DNA of 60,059 nucleotides, filler included, from Hausera hauseri (Eukaryota): NCBI GenBank assembly GCA_046269625.1. It is 11 parts of 11 records of this genome, joined end to end, with 100 filler letters (N's around TTAATTAATTAA, not from the genome) between each part and the next. Parts side by side here need not be neighbours in the genome. Positions count along the whole stretch, not along the records: positions 12,213 to 16,448 come from JBJURY010684105.1; positions 16,549 to 25,913 come from JBJURY010397700.1; 9 more parts are not named here. One strand, 5' to 3'. Shown piece by piece: positions 12,213 to 26,013 of this stretch (position 1 is its first letter; each line of letters starts with the position of its first letter). The notes under the pieces were generated by a model. It saw only the letters and a program-made list of their open reading frames with translations, ran no database searches and was not told where the DNA came from. The position numbers and the translations under genes were made by a program.

Positions 12213-13952
12213 TTGTCACTCACCTGAAGAGCTTCCTTCGCCCTGTTGATTCGTTCTTGGTTACTCACCTTACGGCCGAACTTGGCTTCAAGGTTGCATA
12301 TATCTTGCTGTAATGTTTCCGTTTCCATGCGTTTCCATCCTAATTCTATTCCAAATGCCTTTTGCAGGTCCACACCACCTATTATTTCTGGGTGTAATTC
12401 CGACACTACCAGGAATGTTACGCGTCTCCTTAGACCCGTGATTTCTACGTCTGCTGTCAGTGTGCCCAGCCAATCTAAGGGGCTATTGTTCGCGCATCGT
12501 AGTGTGCTATCTGATTTCTCTGTGTGTTTGCAAGTATATCCACGGTCTTCTTGCGTATGACGCTTACACTGGCCCCCGTGCCCAATAAGCAAACTTTCCA
12601 TCTGTCTTATATTTTTAATTTAATTCCTGGTCGTCCATTAAACTTCCTGTATGATATCGGTTCGGCATACAATTCGCTTAGCGTGAAGATCTGCGTATCG
12701 TTCCAACTTTCCTCCATTCCGTTGGAGGATACTTCCTCGAAACTTTCCGTTTTCATAAATTTCCGTACTTTTTCCTGTGTCCTTTTATCCATCACAATAT
12801 CGCCGTGTCCCTTTCTCCCTGATCCGTCTATACTGTTTTATATACTATTACTATTATACATAACGATATTTTGGAAGACTGAATATATTGTAGTGCCCCT
12901 ATTTGCTCCACTTTCATCGAGGCTCTGCCTTTTGGAGCAAGTGAATCCTAATCAGATTCTGTTTCTTCTTCCTCTACGTTTGCGACTTCCCCTCGTGTTC
13001 TGTACATATTATACCCGTACCTTCTTTTCACTTTGTATGTACCCCAACCTGGTTCTCTTCCTCTCCAGCCAGGTGTAGCACTCTTTTTCGGTATGTCCCC
13101 TATGGTGACATCTGGCACATCTAAGATTTGTACAATTTCGTCTGATGTGCCCTAGCTGACCACATCCGTAGCACGTTATTAATTTTCTTTCGGGACACTG
13201 CCTGTTTATGTCCTTCTTTTCCCCATCCAAAGCATTTAATTGGTTCCCGTGTGGTGCAAGTTCTGCTCGTATGTCCTACCTTCTGGCATGTCCAACACTT
13301 TAATCTACTATTTGGTGGCCTAGTTGGGGTTGTGTTGATTCTAGAAACTGGTTTCCTAATATTTTGTAGCTTCTACCGATCCTGGATACTCCTTGACCGT
13401 GTTGACTTCTTCTGTCTTAATCTTTACCTAGTGTATCTTCCGTATTTTCTCCGTTATTGTTTCCGCGTCTCGTTTGTCACTGACGCACATTTCTCTTCTC
13501 ATCTCTTTACTGTTACAACATTGGAACAATAGTTCCTCTTTAAGAGCCTCGCGTGAAAGATCATGTTTCATGATTTTATCCAGCAGTTTCTCGATTGCTA
13601 TGAAGTAAGCCTCCGGTTCCACTCTATTCATTCTGTACTCGAGCGCCCCTTTCAGATCTTCGCACAGCTTCGAGGATCGGGCAAAAGCCTTCCGTAGTCG
13701 GTTTTGATATCCAGTTATTTTCGCATCTATTGCCTGGTATCTTTCTTGTGCTTCTTCCTCCAAGAGGCATTCAACCATGATTTCCCGCTTCGCCACCGAG
13801 GTGTTCATATATTTAAAGAATGTTTCACATTTTCTAATGAACTTCTCCACGTCGTCGCCTTTCCTGAATTTGTTAGGCAACAATTCGTTCGCGAAAATGT
13901 CCATTGCGTCGTAAGTCGCCATGTTGGCCGCGGGTGCATCCACGCCGTCCAC
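12213..13952 (-). mobile_element. gag: Ty3/Gypsy gag (three CCHC knuckles) and protease remnant
   Basis: Gag ORF 13952-13428; CWTCQKVGHTSRTC, CYGCGQLGHIRRNC and CARCHHRGHTEKEC; protease CLLGTGASVSVI (catalytic D replaced by G) ...IIGGVDL. Confidence 0.85.
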
Positions 13953-14029
13953 ATAGTCGGCCTACTTGGGTAGGGTTGGAAAATCCCCGCCCCCGGGATC
14001 GTTTGTAATTACTCATTGCAAAGTAACAC

Positions 14030-14790
14030 CAGTTGTTGAAAATTTTTGTTGTATCTCAAAATGTTCATTTGGAAACAAATTTTCCGACAATTCCAAAATT
14101 AAATTACACTTTTAATATTACATTTTTAATTTAAATTCATGGTCAAATTTTAAAATTTAAAAATGCTTTTAATTTAATTTTAGAATTCCAATTCTCGATT
14201 ATATCCTCACAAATATGTAAGCACCAAACTGACCATATAGCATTTTGTAACTCATTAAAGTTTTTAGGCCTCCTTAATGCAACTTTTTTCTTTATATTAA
14301 GCCAAAAGTTTTCAATAGGATTGATATCTGGACTGGTCCCTAGCCAATCCAGAATCTCAATCCTATTTTGGGCAAGCCATTGCTTTACGACTTTTGCTGT
14401 GTGGCAAGGGGTCCTATCATGTTGAAACATTATGCAATTTCGTATGTTCAGAAAACACTTCAGCTGATTTTTTATCAATCCTAGATATGATTGTAAATTC
14501 ATAACAGATTTTTGCGGAACAAACCAAAGTTAGCCCTTTCCTGATACAGAAAAGGCACCACATACCAAAACAGATAAATGATGTTTGACTGTTTGGCAAG
14601 TGTATTTTTTATCAAACCTTTTTCCTGGGGGTCTTTTTAAAAAATTATGATATTGAAACAAAGAAAAAGTTGATTCATCAGAAAATAACACTGAACTCCA
14701 TTTTTCAGGAGTCCATTGTGAATATTTATGGCAAAATGCTATGCGTTCAACAATAATTTTGTTTGAAATCATTGGCTTTATATTCAGAAA
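14030..14790 (-). mobile_element. Tc1-family transposase remnant
   Basis: VLFSDESTF, FQHDRTPCH and SPDINPIENFW give the D,D,E triad. Confidence 0.88.
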
Positions 14791-15250
14791 ATTTTCGGTT
14801 TATGGCATGTTCGGTTAGCATCATAACTTTTTGGAACGTACGGCATAACTTATGATATTAAGCTGGTTCGACTGTATAGTATTTGCAGTGAATAAAATTA
14901 GCGTATAAAAATCTACTCTTGTATAGAAAGCATAATACGTCACATAAGAGAATTACTTAAAAACTGTCAAATTTGAAATTGAATATGGTACGAGTTATAT
15001 CATACGATATACGATCTAGGTTATGCCATAAATCGATTTTAAATTTAAATGTAACAATTTTTAAGTAATTCTTTTCTGTGTGACATATTTTTGGTTTAAA
15101 TAAAATGTGGGTATTTATATACAAATATTTCACTGTTTGGATCTATATGGCGGCACAACGTTTACTAAGTTAGTTCATATAATTATGAAATCCTTCGTTG
15201 CTATTAAGAAATTTAGTGTACCAAAATTTTCAACATTTTGATTGATAAGT

Positions 15251-16350
15251 ACAGGGTGTCCTTAAATAAACGGAACACCTTTGTCTACATTGTTTTAAAC
15301 ATTTTTTAAACAAATTTTTATTTTTAGTTTTAGTTTTGAGAGACACAGTTATTCAAGCGCGTGAATTGAGGAGTCGAGCAATTACGGGATTTCTAAGTAC
15401 GCCACTTACAAACGTAAACTGTAAAATAAAGAGATATGAAGAAACAAGATACAGGAAAGACCGGTTGGGTAGGGGCAGTAAGAAGAGTACGAGAAATAAA
15501 AGGAATATGCAGCCCGTCAAGGGAATGATTAGCGAAACCCGACAGCCAAGGCAAAGTCAGCACGAAAATTGACCAAGAAGATTGGAGTCTCCAAGACACG
15601 TGCATGAGAAATTCTGCGTCAAGATCTGCGGCTGACGCCGTACAAATAGCAAAAACGGCAAAAACTAACGCCAGCAAACAAAGTAAAGAGAAAGTCGCCA
15701 TCTAAGGCACTTTTGAAACGCTTGTCAAGAGGCCGATGCAGAAAGGCGTTATTCACGGACTAGAAGCTTTTTGACATTCAGCAAGAAAAACTCCTTTTGT
15801 GTTTCTTGACCCCGGTGTGAAGATCAACGGTCTTGAGTACATGAACATGCTTGGAGAGCATTTCTTCTCGGAGCAAAGTAGCATTTCAGCGACGACTGGT
15901 AGTATCTTCAATAAGACGGAGCGCTAAGGGACTAGGCTTACGCGGTAAAACACTTCATTCGTGACAACTGTCCCGATTTCAGCAAAGTCTGTTCCCACTG
16001 GAAAAACCCGATTGGTGAATGGTCGCCATGCTCGCCGGATTTGAACCTTCGGTTTTTCAGTGTGGAGTATCTTTAACGAAAAACCATGCGCAAAACCCCA
16101 CTCGAATGTGGAATCGTTAAAACGAGCGTTGATCAAAGTCTAGGCTGAGATCAGCATTGAAACTTTTCGATAGATCATTGATGATTTCCCTAAGCCACTG
16201 GCGGCATGTGTAGAAGCATACAAAGGCCATTTTGAATAAAACAAATGTTATTTTTGTTGTTATTGATTTCTTTTGAACAAAAATTGAGAAAAACGTTTAA
16301 AAGAATACAGATGTTACAGTTAGGGTGGCCCTTATCCGTCCCCACTATAA
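15251..16350 (+). mobile_element. mariner/maT-like (DD37D-type) transposon remnant
   Basis: Starts TACAGGGTGTCC. Degenerate transposase LQ*DGA...EWSPCSPDLN/..SVWSIFNEKPCAKPHSNVESLKRALIK...ACVEAYKGHFE*. Confidence 0.75.
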
Positions 16351-16548
16351 CAATATTAACTCTACTTTATCAATCGCTTTTTAAGCAGGTTAGGATTACT
16401 CGTTATCGAGTAATCTGCTTGTGCCTTAGTATTTTAGAATAATTTAGANNNNNNNNNNNNNNNNNNNNNNNNNNNNNNNNNNNNNNNNNNNNTTAATTAA
16501 TTAANNNNNNNNNNNNNNNNNNNNNNNNNNNNNNNNNNNNNNNNNNNN

Positions 16549-16600
16549 TGTATGTATGTATGTATGTATGTATGTATGTATGTATGTATGTATGTATGTG
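16549..16600. repeat. (TATG)n microsatellite
   Basis: Seen directly. Confidence 0.95.
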
Positions 16601-16643
16601 TGTATAACGGTTACTTACTTTGAACTTTTCTTCTCAACGACAG

Positions 16644-17067
16644 ATGCGTTCCCTATTCATTGCCTTCCTATTCCTGGCTGTTGTTTGTATCACAGCGGAA
16701 GCGGGATCTGTTGAAAAACACGAAGACAAGCGTCTCCTTGGTAAACTTCTTGGCGGTCTAGATCTTGGATCTCTTCTTAATGGCGTGCTCGGTGTCGTTG
16801 GAGGTGTGCTAAACGCCGTTCTGTCAGTAATCGGTCCTGTTCTTGGAGCTGTGACAGCTGTACTATCAGGACTGACAGAGTTGCTTGGTGGTTTACTTAA
16901 TAATACTGTTGACACGGTGGCTGGACTAATCGGTACAGCAGTCGATGCGGTTGCAACCCTCCTAAGCCAGGATGGAGTTATTGGATCTTTGCTGAATTCA
17001 CTCCCCACAATCCTATCACACGTCGTGGGATGCATATGTGTTATGTTGAAACTTAGTCTTGACGTCA
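16644..17067 (+). CDS. Exon of a secreted Leu/Gly/Val-rich prepro-protein (signal peptide, short propeptide, KR site, amphipathic helices)
   Basis: Pyrimidine tract plus CAG directly before ATG 16644. MRSLFIAFLFLAVVCITAEA / GSVEKHEDKR / LLGKLLGGLDLGSLL... Candidate GTAAGT donor at 17068; otherwise the ORF stops at 17093. Confidence 0.75.
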
Positions 17068-18059
17068 GTAAGTACTCATTTTTATGTAAATAACTTTAAT
17101 GAATTATTTATTTCGTAAACTCTGTGTAGGTACATATATACATATAGTCATGTGTCAAATTGTGCGGCGTAGGCTATCAATGATCTCCGTGCCTCTCGGT
17201 TGATGGTTTCCTCTGTCATCTGTACCGTTGACGCCATTTACCTAAACCAATCAGACTATTAGTTCTTTGTTGTTTTTTTACACTTTTTTCCCTGGTATCT
17301 TGCATGTGGTTGTTATTTTCCCAAGGCTTTCTCTTCTTAAAGAATGCATTTTCCTTTTTCTTCGTCAGTATTCTCTCAGCACAAGTATTTCTACTAAGTT
17401 TGCTTTTGAATTGACTCTGAAATGTAGGTGGCTCAGACAGAATAGCCACCCAATATTTTCCACGAAAGAGTTGGTAAGAAAGATAAAAAGGGAATAAAAA
17501 GGGATGATAACTGCAGCTCTAACCATTAGCATGCAGCAGAACTGATCAAATGCCGTATAAGAGATCAGTGTGCAACATATTACAGGTTGAGTGTATAGCA
17601 GAGACATGTCTTTCCTAAATAGAATCATTCTGATAGTAAAGTTACATTAATTGATATACATATATGGCATTAACCCTTTGCAACATTTTTCTATAAAAAT
17701 CGGTACCAAGATCAACTACATCTGAATTACAACTGTCATAAGGGAGATGAACAGACAATTGCTTGGTTAGGCTACACGGGTAAAATGAAGCACAAAAACA
17801 GCTGTTTAGTGGAACAACAATTGACACTGTGACTTCTTGATTGGACATAATTATAGGCTGTGAGATATTTGATATTAAATACATATATATTTTTTGTTTC
17901 TGTAAAGGAAAATAGAGTTGTGAAACATGTGAAGTTGTATCTGTGTTGCTGGTTTTGAAGATATAAAAATGTGAAAAAGGGAGGGAAAATGGATACGTTC
18001 TTAGACTTGAAAATAAAAACAAACTCATACAGCGTGGGTTATTTTATATATTTATAAAA

Positions 18060-18990
18060 GACATCAACGTTCACACAGCAGATGGTCTGGGGTCAAACAG
18101 GTGTTAGGCAAGAATTGTATTCTGTCACCTTTACTTTTTCTGGTGGTGATTGACTGGGTCATGAAGAAAGCAACTGAAGAAGAAAACAGAGGGATTATGT
18201 GGAGACTGACACGAAGATTAGAAGATCTAGACTTTGCAGAATACATAGCATTACTGTCACACTACAAATAAGATATATAGAATAAAATAGGGGCAGTCAG
18301 CTAGCAAAAAATGTGGGTCTAAATTTCAATACTGATAATAAATGCAAAAAAATACAAAGAAAATCGCTCTCGATTTAAAAGAGCTGGAAGAAACAGACGA
18401 GTTCAAGTATCTCGAGTGTTATGTTATCAAAGATGGCGACGTGGATAAAGAAATAGCAACAAGAATCGGCCTGGCAGCGGCACCATTCAAGGGACTAAAG
18501 AAAATATGGAAATCTTCAACATCTAAGACACAGACAAAACTCAACGCGTACAAATCAAACGTTCAAACAGTTCTCCTGTATTGATGTGGGACATTGAAAA
18601 CAAAAAGTAAAATAAATACCAGACTAAGTGGCTTTGAGGGTAGATGTCTGAGAAGAATCCTTAGAATCCACTGGGAACAAAAAGTGTCAAATGTAGAAAT
18701 AGCACAATGCACTAGCATGACAATATCAACAATCGAATCAAGAAAAGATGGTGGAAATGGAAGGGCCGTGTACTGAGGATGCAAAAAAGCAGGCACCCAT
18801 GGAGAGCCCTGAAATGGAATCCAGCAGGAAAGAGAACACAAGGGCGACCCAAAAAGACCTGGAGACGAACAACAGAGTGAGAGAACAAACGGAGATTTGT
18901 AAGACCTGGAGTGAACTAAGCTGGCTTGCCCAGGACAGATGTGGTTGGAGAAAATTCATTCATGACTTATGCTTCATTTGGAGCTAGAAG
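18060..18990 (+). mobile_element. RTE-like LINE 3' remnant
   Basis: LEDLDFAE(D)..ALLSH and FKYL..V.KDGDVDKEIATRIGLAAA.FKGLKKIWKS, then CLRRILRIHW and WLAQDRCGW. Confidence 0.82.
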
Positions 18991-20149
18991 ATTAATAAGA
19001 TGTATATATGTTACGTTTATCTTAAGAAAACTGTTTTGTTTACAAAGCATCAATCAGTTCAATATATGCCTGATTTGTTTCAGAAGCTAAAGCCTGAGCA
19101 AAACGTTGTGCCTGTATCCAGATGTTTACCGAGTAACCATGTCCTGAATCTCGATGTCACAGTCTTGAACATGTCTGGAAGTAACGCCGTTTTCGAAAAA
19201 AGATTAAAATTACAGTGCAGTAATTCTCAAGTTTTCATGTGTTCTTTTTTTTAAAGCGTTATTGGTGATTTTTTTTTTTTTTGTCCTGGTTTGTGATAAT
19301 GGTTTACAGCACGACACTACTCATTCACAAATAAACGCAAACGCATACATTATTCATTAAAAAAAATTTCTTTAAGACATATAAAATATGAGTCTGGAAC
19401 AATTCCTTGGATACCCTGCTATTAAGTAGCGATTAACAGCAGTGTGGCCAGAGCTTGAAATTGTTTATTTCAAATCAACCAATAAAAACGTTCGTTTCAT
19501 ACGAACATTTTATACTTTTTGTATTTCTAATTTATTAAACATTTTTGAAAGGAGCGGAATCGTTATTATCATACAATCTCACGCAACGAAAGGAGTCAGT
19601 TTATCAGCAAATGTTAAATATCAAGTCATGAGTCTATTTTTAATTTGGTGGTTTTTAATTCCTAGTTGTGGCATTCTAGAGATTAATGCTGAATTACAGT
19701 TAGGGAGGTCCTCAATTCGTCCACACTTTTTGAGAGCACTGATGCCATCAACACGATCGATTGGCTAACCGTTTGATATGACGGCTGAGCTGACCAGTCA
19801 GTCTGCTCTCTCATTAACCCCCACGCCGTCATGGCCTGGTACGGAAATGAGGTGACTTTGCCGACTGTAACCTCTGCAGTGATTCAAACCACTGCCTGCG
19901 CTTCCAGCCTGAACGTCACATCGGACGTACAAGACAACTTGTCAGTCGACACAGAATTGGTGTAGCTGACCATCACATGCAGGAGGAAATAGTGATGCGG
20001 CGATCGGAACACCTACGAGACCTGTCTGGCGTGCAGTGATGATGAGCCAGCTCATAACGCACGTCCTGTTTTCGTTCTCTCTTCAGCGACCACGCGTAAG
20101 CTATTTCGTTTTCCCAATACTCTGGTTAATATTCTACTCCCATGTCATC

Positions 20150-21090
20150 ATCATGTGGCCTGTCCTTTGCAGAACGTAGCCCTCATCACAGTCCGTCTGA
20201 AAGATTCTCTGTCTCTAGTTAGCCTGCCCGCCTCTCTCAAGTTCATATTAAGAGTTTTCTTGATGTCTTGTGTCCAGTGTCGTCGTTGTCTCCCTTTGCC
20301 TCTTGTGCCAGGAACAATATCGTCCATTTCTTTTTTCTCCAAGCCATCATGACGTTTTAACGTGTCCAAAATATTTCAGCTTTCGAGACATGATACTGTT
20401 GATGAGTCAATTGTTAGTGATGTTCAGTTCTTGGAGTATAGTTTCTTACCATTCTCTTCTGTTTTTAGTTTCTGGGCATGAGTGTGGCTACTCGTACGAT
20501 CAGTAGTCTGCCATTTATTTCTGAAAGTTCTAGCTACTTATGAACTGTAACCCTGGGGAGCCCTTACTCCGATGCTAGGCCATTCCAGCCCCTTCCTTTA
20601 GAGTCGTTGTCGAACCAATCGATCTTCCGTCTCCCCCACCAGCAGCTGTGTATACTGTGTAAGGGGGACATCCTTATGATTAATTCACCCACATAATTTA
20701 GCCATAGCCCGGTGTATGGCGCTGCCGTACACAAGCAGACGCGTGGAGCCATTTGTGAGCTAGGCAGGAGTGGTGTATCCAAAACTAGGATCCAGGTCCA
20801 TCCCATAGGGATGTAAATGTTGGAAGTGAATGGTGAAATCCCATGGACAACAAGGAGAACAAATCAAACAAATCAAGATGTTTTACACGAAGAAAATACA
20901 TAAAGAACGCTAGTCAGTAAGATTAACACAGGCAAAATACCAGGAAATAGACGCAGTGGACGACAGAGAATGAAGTGTCTGCGTGGTATACGTGCATGGC
21001 TCGGAAGACATTCAGTAGCAGGCAGAGATGATTGGGGACACCAGGAACTGGAAATGCGGAGATCCGTAACGAACGTGATGAACTTCAATC
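20150..21090. mobile_element. Cluster of RTE-like LINE fragments in both orientations
   Basis: Minus strand GHVK.RHDGLEK..VPGTRGKGRQRRHWTQDIK; plus strand GKIPGNRRSGRQRMK near 20930. Confidence 0.65.
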
Positions 21091-21699
21091 GCCTCTCCCC
21101 CAACCCAATTTTTAGAAAAAAAAAAGAAGATCACCATTACCCCTGCGTAGGCGACATTGTCATTATTCTTCGTTTCCCTTTTGCCATATACCTTAAATTT
21201 TCAGACGATTCTCTCACTTACCCTTTGAAATAACAGAAGATTGTCGCAATTTAACGTGTTCTGACGATCAGAAAGTAAATGATTTTGATGTGAAATAATT
21301 TGTATGACAATCGATTATCTTTCTATTCGTCAAGTTTACTCTTTCATCCCATTGGCAAATCGACAGCTTTCAGATAGCAGCAATGTGAGCAATTTTGGAA
21401 TGCGCTAAAAATATTCTTCTATATGATACATGCTGAGTCCATAGCAGGGGAGTTTTGTCGCCATGGTGATGAATAAAATGGTAACAAACGACCATTGTGC
21501 CCGTTCAATGGTCAGGAAAAACCAAACCGCACAAATCTGGTACATTCAATTTGGCTGCTCTATGACAATACATGCTATCGTGTACCAGGAGCAATGAAAC
21601 GACCTGGAACAGGAGTTTTACAGACATAACCCCCCCCCCCCCACCCCCCCCAAAAATAAAATAAAAATAATAAAAAAATGAATGCGCGATACATTCTGA

Positions 21700-22270
21700 T
21701 TATATCTAGCATAAACGGATAATATCGCCATAACTATAACATACATTAAGTCCACGTATCTTGATAGCATAGTAATACCAAATGGCGAAACAAATAAGAA
21801 CACCAGTAGTAGAACAAATCTTACCACCACAACACTTGAGACTGAAAGGAAAAAAATATCAGAGCTTCGTGATGTCATTGCTTCTGTATGGAGCAGAGTG
21901 TTGGAGGGAAGCTGAAAAAGAGTTGTCGTACTTCTACACAGTTCGTGAGAGAAAATATTCCCAGAGAATTCTGGTCACAGAGTATTAGTTCCAAGAAACT
22001 GCATGTCCGAATCGGACAGAACAATTTACATACCATACAATATTTAAAAATACGATGATGGAGATGGACTTGATACGCTCTCGGGAAGGATTCAGGGATT
22101 GTAAGGATTACGATGCGCTGAACACCAGAGGGAAAGAGAAAAATATGAAGACTGAAGACAGTCGAGCAGTGGAAACAGAATTGAACAGCATGCAACACAG
22201 CTGAGGCACTTAGCAGAATTAGGTTGCAAACAGTGATAATTTGAGAACATTTGTTGCTGCCATGAGAATC
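21700..22270 (+). mobile_element. RTE-like LINE 3' remnant
   Basis: VMSLLLYGAECW and RWRWT*YAL..*TPEGKR. Confidence 0.65.
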
Positions 22271-22429
22271 AACAATTGGTGCTGGATAATGTCTGCTTTG
22301 GCGGTTTTCATCCAAGGAGAGATGATGTTGATGATGTACCACGCAAACTTTATCCACCGAGTAAAAACGTATATTCTTATCATAGGATACTTACTGGTTA
22401 TACCTAACATATTACTTATACTACTAATT

Positions 22430-24400
22430 CCAGTTCTTTCCATTTGCGGAACATAGAGCCACATATTGTATCACAATCAAATAGACTATATTTTGCATGG
22501 GAAAAGATTGCAATCAACATAGCGACAAAAAAAAAAAAAAAAACTTCACAGTGACGGACCATAACCTCTTAATGATGACATAATGCCTCCGACTAAAAAG
22601 AATATATAATAAGAAGCACAGCAGGTTCAGATAAGACCTTGACAAACTCAAGAACTCCGAAATAGTCGAAATGTTTATGATATTCATTGGATGGAAATTC
22701 GCACCACTCCTAAACATCAGTGAAGAAATATAAACTATGACAATCACATTCGATACAGCAGGCACAGGAACAACTGTACTGGGGAAACATCGACCAGGTG
22801 ACAACAGAGATAAACAATAATAAAAAATAAGGAATCTATTAAAAAGAAAATGAAGGTAGCTAAAGAAACATGGATACAAGATCAGTTTAAAAGCAGCCTA
22901 AACCGAAATGATAGCTAAACTGCATACTAGACAGGAACAATATTAACAACTGTAAATCGAAGCCGAGATTATTATTAGATTATTAGATTATTAGCCAGAG
23001 CCTCCATATTATTAGGGACAGTCGTAATAGTAGCTGCCACACAACGCGAAGTACTGACCACTAGACGATACGACAGACGATCTTTACGGCTAGGAGTAAT
23101 CACATGTTGCTGATGATTGTATGTATGCAGTGATTATTCTTATTCAACGTGTACTGCTGTAAATAAACATTATTAACTTGTTGCGCTGAGTTGTGACTCC
23201 ATCCAGTCGTCTACGTAGCTGTTACAGATTGCTGTGTCATCACCTCCCATAGTTCTATGCACCTGTCAACTTTGTTACACACGCATCCACAGGCATCAGA
23301 CAAGTATGCATACTATCTCCAACACTATTTAACATCTTACTAGAAAAAGAAAATAATGTCTGATGATCTAGGCGACCACCCAGGAACAGTTATAATAGGA
23401 GGTAGAACAATAACTAACTTACGTTTTGCCGATGACATTACTGGCTTAGCTGTAAGAACTTAAAAGACTGACAACAAACTCTTACCTCACATGTAAGAAG
23501 AGTTGCTGTTATTCTAGAGAAAGAAAGAGCAAAGAAAATGTAAGGATTTTGAATACTATCATACAGGGTAATGCTGGTGAAACTAAAAGGAAGACAAATA
23601 GGTATAAATTTAATACAAGCATGTGCTCCAACAGCCAGTAGCTCAGAAGATGAAAATTGAACAGTGTTATGCAGAATGTGATGCAGCAATGAAACAATTT
23701 AAATTATGAGAAATTACTATATTAATGAGGGATTTTAATGCCAAAGCGGACAGTCAATTAGATGGAAAAACAACCAGAAAATTTGGTCTAGGACAGAGAA
23801 ACGATAGAGGAGATGGATTAATTGAATTGGCAGAGTCACGCTGCATGCTCATAGGTAACACATGGTTTAAGCAACATCCAAGACGTTTTTAGACATGGAG
23901 AAGCCCAGGAGATGATAATTATAATAAAAAAGACTGGACTATATACTTATTCAAAAAAGATATAAAGTCGTTTCTATCAGTTAAGACAGAACACGTGCTG
24001 ATGCTGATTGATCATATAAATGTTACATGGAAAATCAGGGTAAAGAAATTTTAAGTTAGCGGCACAAAGAAATATTAAACTAGATAGTCAGTATTTGAAA
24101 ACAGACGAGGAAATGATGGATAAATACTACATCACTGTGAGGAACAGATACAATGCCATAGCAAAGATAGAGAGCATAGATGACTAATGAAACATGTTAC
24201 AGGAATCGAAACACCAATCATCCAGAGAATCATTCCCCTCCTTCCCCCCACCCCCGTTGTAAAGAAGGGAAAACAAAAATTGACGACAGCAGAGATATTA
24301 AATCTAATGGAGCAAAGAAGATTAAACAGTAAGGATAAGGAAGAATATAGACAACTAAGTACTACAATCAGAAAAAAATGTATAATGCAACAAAAGAAGA
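22430..24400 (+). mobile_element. Nested LINE fragments (RT and AP endonuclease)
   Basis: IGGRTITNLRFADDI near 23400; ILMRDFNAK and KFGLGQRNDRGDGLIELAE near 23720-23830. Confidence 0.65.
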
Positions 24401-25229
24401 ATGGCTATCCAATTTTTATAACACCACAGAAACGTTTTTTTCTAAGTTTTATCAAGAGCATATATTTAACGGTTTGGTGAGGACCATGTTTGGCACTGGG
24501 AGTAGTGAGAGACCTCATCAGTATTGGCATTCCCTTTGATTTCTAGTGATTTTCATTTTACCTTCCTCTCCCCACTTATCTGGCATCTTTTTTCTCTCCC
24601 CCTCCCCATTTTTGACTTACATTCACGGATTGTTCTTCATTTTCAGAAGAAAAAAAAACTTATTTTTCGCTTGAAAGTCCGTAAGCTAATATCATTTAAC
24701 ACAGATGGATTATTTATAATGTCCACAAGAAGTTCGATGGCTCATGAATTATATTGTAGCGATTAATAACAATTATGGAACGTGCTTTCCTGTTTAATTT
24801 ACGGTGCTCTCATGTCATTTTCATTTGCTTCTTCTTGTGCTTCATTCGCGAATTCACTGACCATGTCTATTTTGAATTTTCCAACTTTTATCTCAACTTC
24901 TTTCCCACTTTCATCTCAGCTTCTTTCCTACTTTCATTGCATATTTCTGGCCTTGCATTCTTCTTTTTGATTAATATTTTTGTATTTTGTATAAAGGCAT
25001 AAACAAGCCTAACTGGTCAAAGGAGATCAGCTAGATAAACCTTTACCCTTAAAGTATTTTTTGCCAGCGACTCACCATGTAAGAGCAATGGCTGCATCAT
25101 TTTATATCATCATCAATCCACACAGTTTAGTTCTGGAAAAGGGAATAAGTATCAGGTATGACGCAAGTTAGTGACACTTTTTGAGGAGCCTATTCCAGCG
25201 AGTTTTTCATTGGCAGCTTTAAAAAAAAA

Positions 25230-25913
25230 ACTTTTAAGAATTGCAACATGGAATGTATGAAATGTGTGTAGCTGCGCAGATGGCTGAATTGATGAGTAGA
25301 TACCAATATGAACATTCTGAGCATTAGTGAAAAGAGATGAAACGGTGCTGGGAAAACAGAGCTGGCCAATAGCGAGACAACGTGCTATTCAGGGCGAAAC
25401 GATGGAGCACACGCAGAAGGAGTTAAATGTCAATAAGTGCATTACTAAACGGGAACTTGTGAGCCCGAGAATCACTCGCACCAGATTCTACTCGTTTGAA
25501 AAAGCAACAACAATAATTCCTTGATACGCGCCCACAGAACAGGAATAAAACTAGATCAAAGATACATTTTTGTTCTCAAGCAAGAAAAATAATTAATGAA
25601 ATCTCCAAAACATGACATATTATTAGTAAAGGAAGACATAAATGCCGAGATGGGGTCACCAAATGGCTATGCAAGTTGTATTGGGAAATATGGAATAGTT
25701 ATCGTAAATTACAATGGCGAACGCTTCCTTGACTATTGCGGGGAAAAAACATGGTTATATGCGACACAATTTTCCATCACGAAAAATTCCAGAAATATAG
25801 ACAGACATCACTGGATCGATAAACAACAAACCTGATCGATCATTTAGCTACATGCAAAAAAAAAAAAAAAAAAAGGAGAACCTCCCGATAGGATATGAAA
25901 ACTATAAAAAGAA
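25230..25913 (+). mobile_element. LINE AP-endonuclease remnant
   Basis: LRIATWNV, YAPT, DILLVKEDINAEMG, IGKYG..NYNGERFLDYC and IDHL motifs. Confidence 0.7.
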
Positions 25914-26013
25914 NNNNNNNNNNNNNNNNNNNNNNNNNNNNNNNNNNNNNNNNNNNNTTAATTAATTAANNNNNNNNNNNNNNNNNNNNNNNNNNNNNNN
26001 NNNNNNNNNNNNN

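Noticed and set aside
12524-13078. Long hydrophobic antisense ORFs over retroelements (also 8459-8794, 38531-38848, 56087-56557)
   Set aside because: Shadow ORFs opposite real or decayed coding strands, with no motifs of their own.
15393-15701. ORF with an apparent signal peptide (MATFSLLCLLALVFAVFAIC)
   Set aside because: It lies antisense to the basic HTH region of a decayed mariner/maT transposase.
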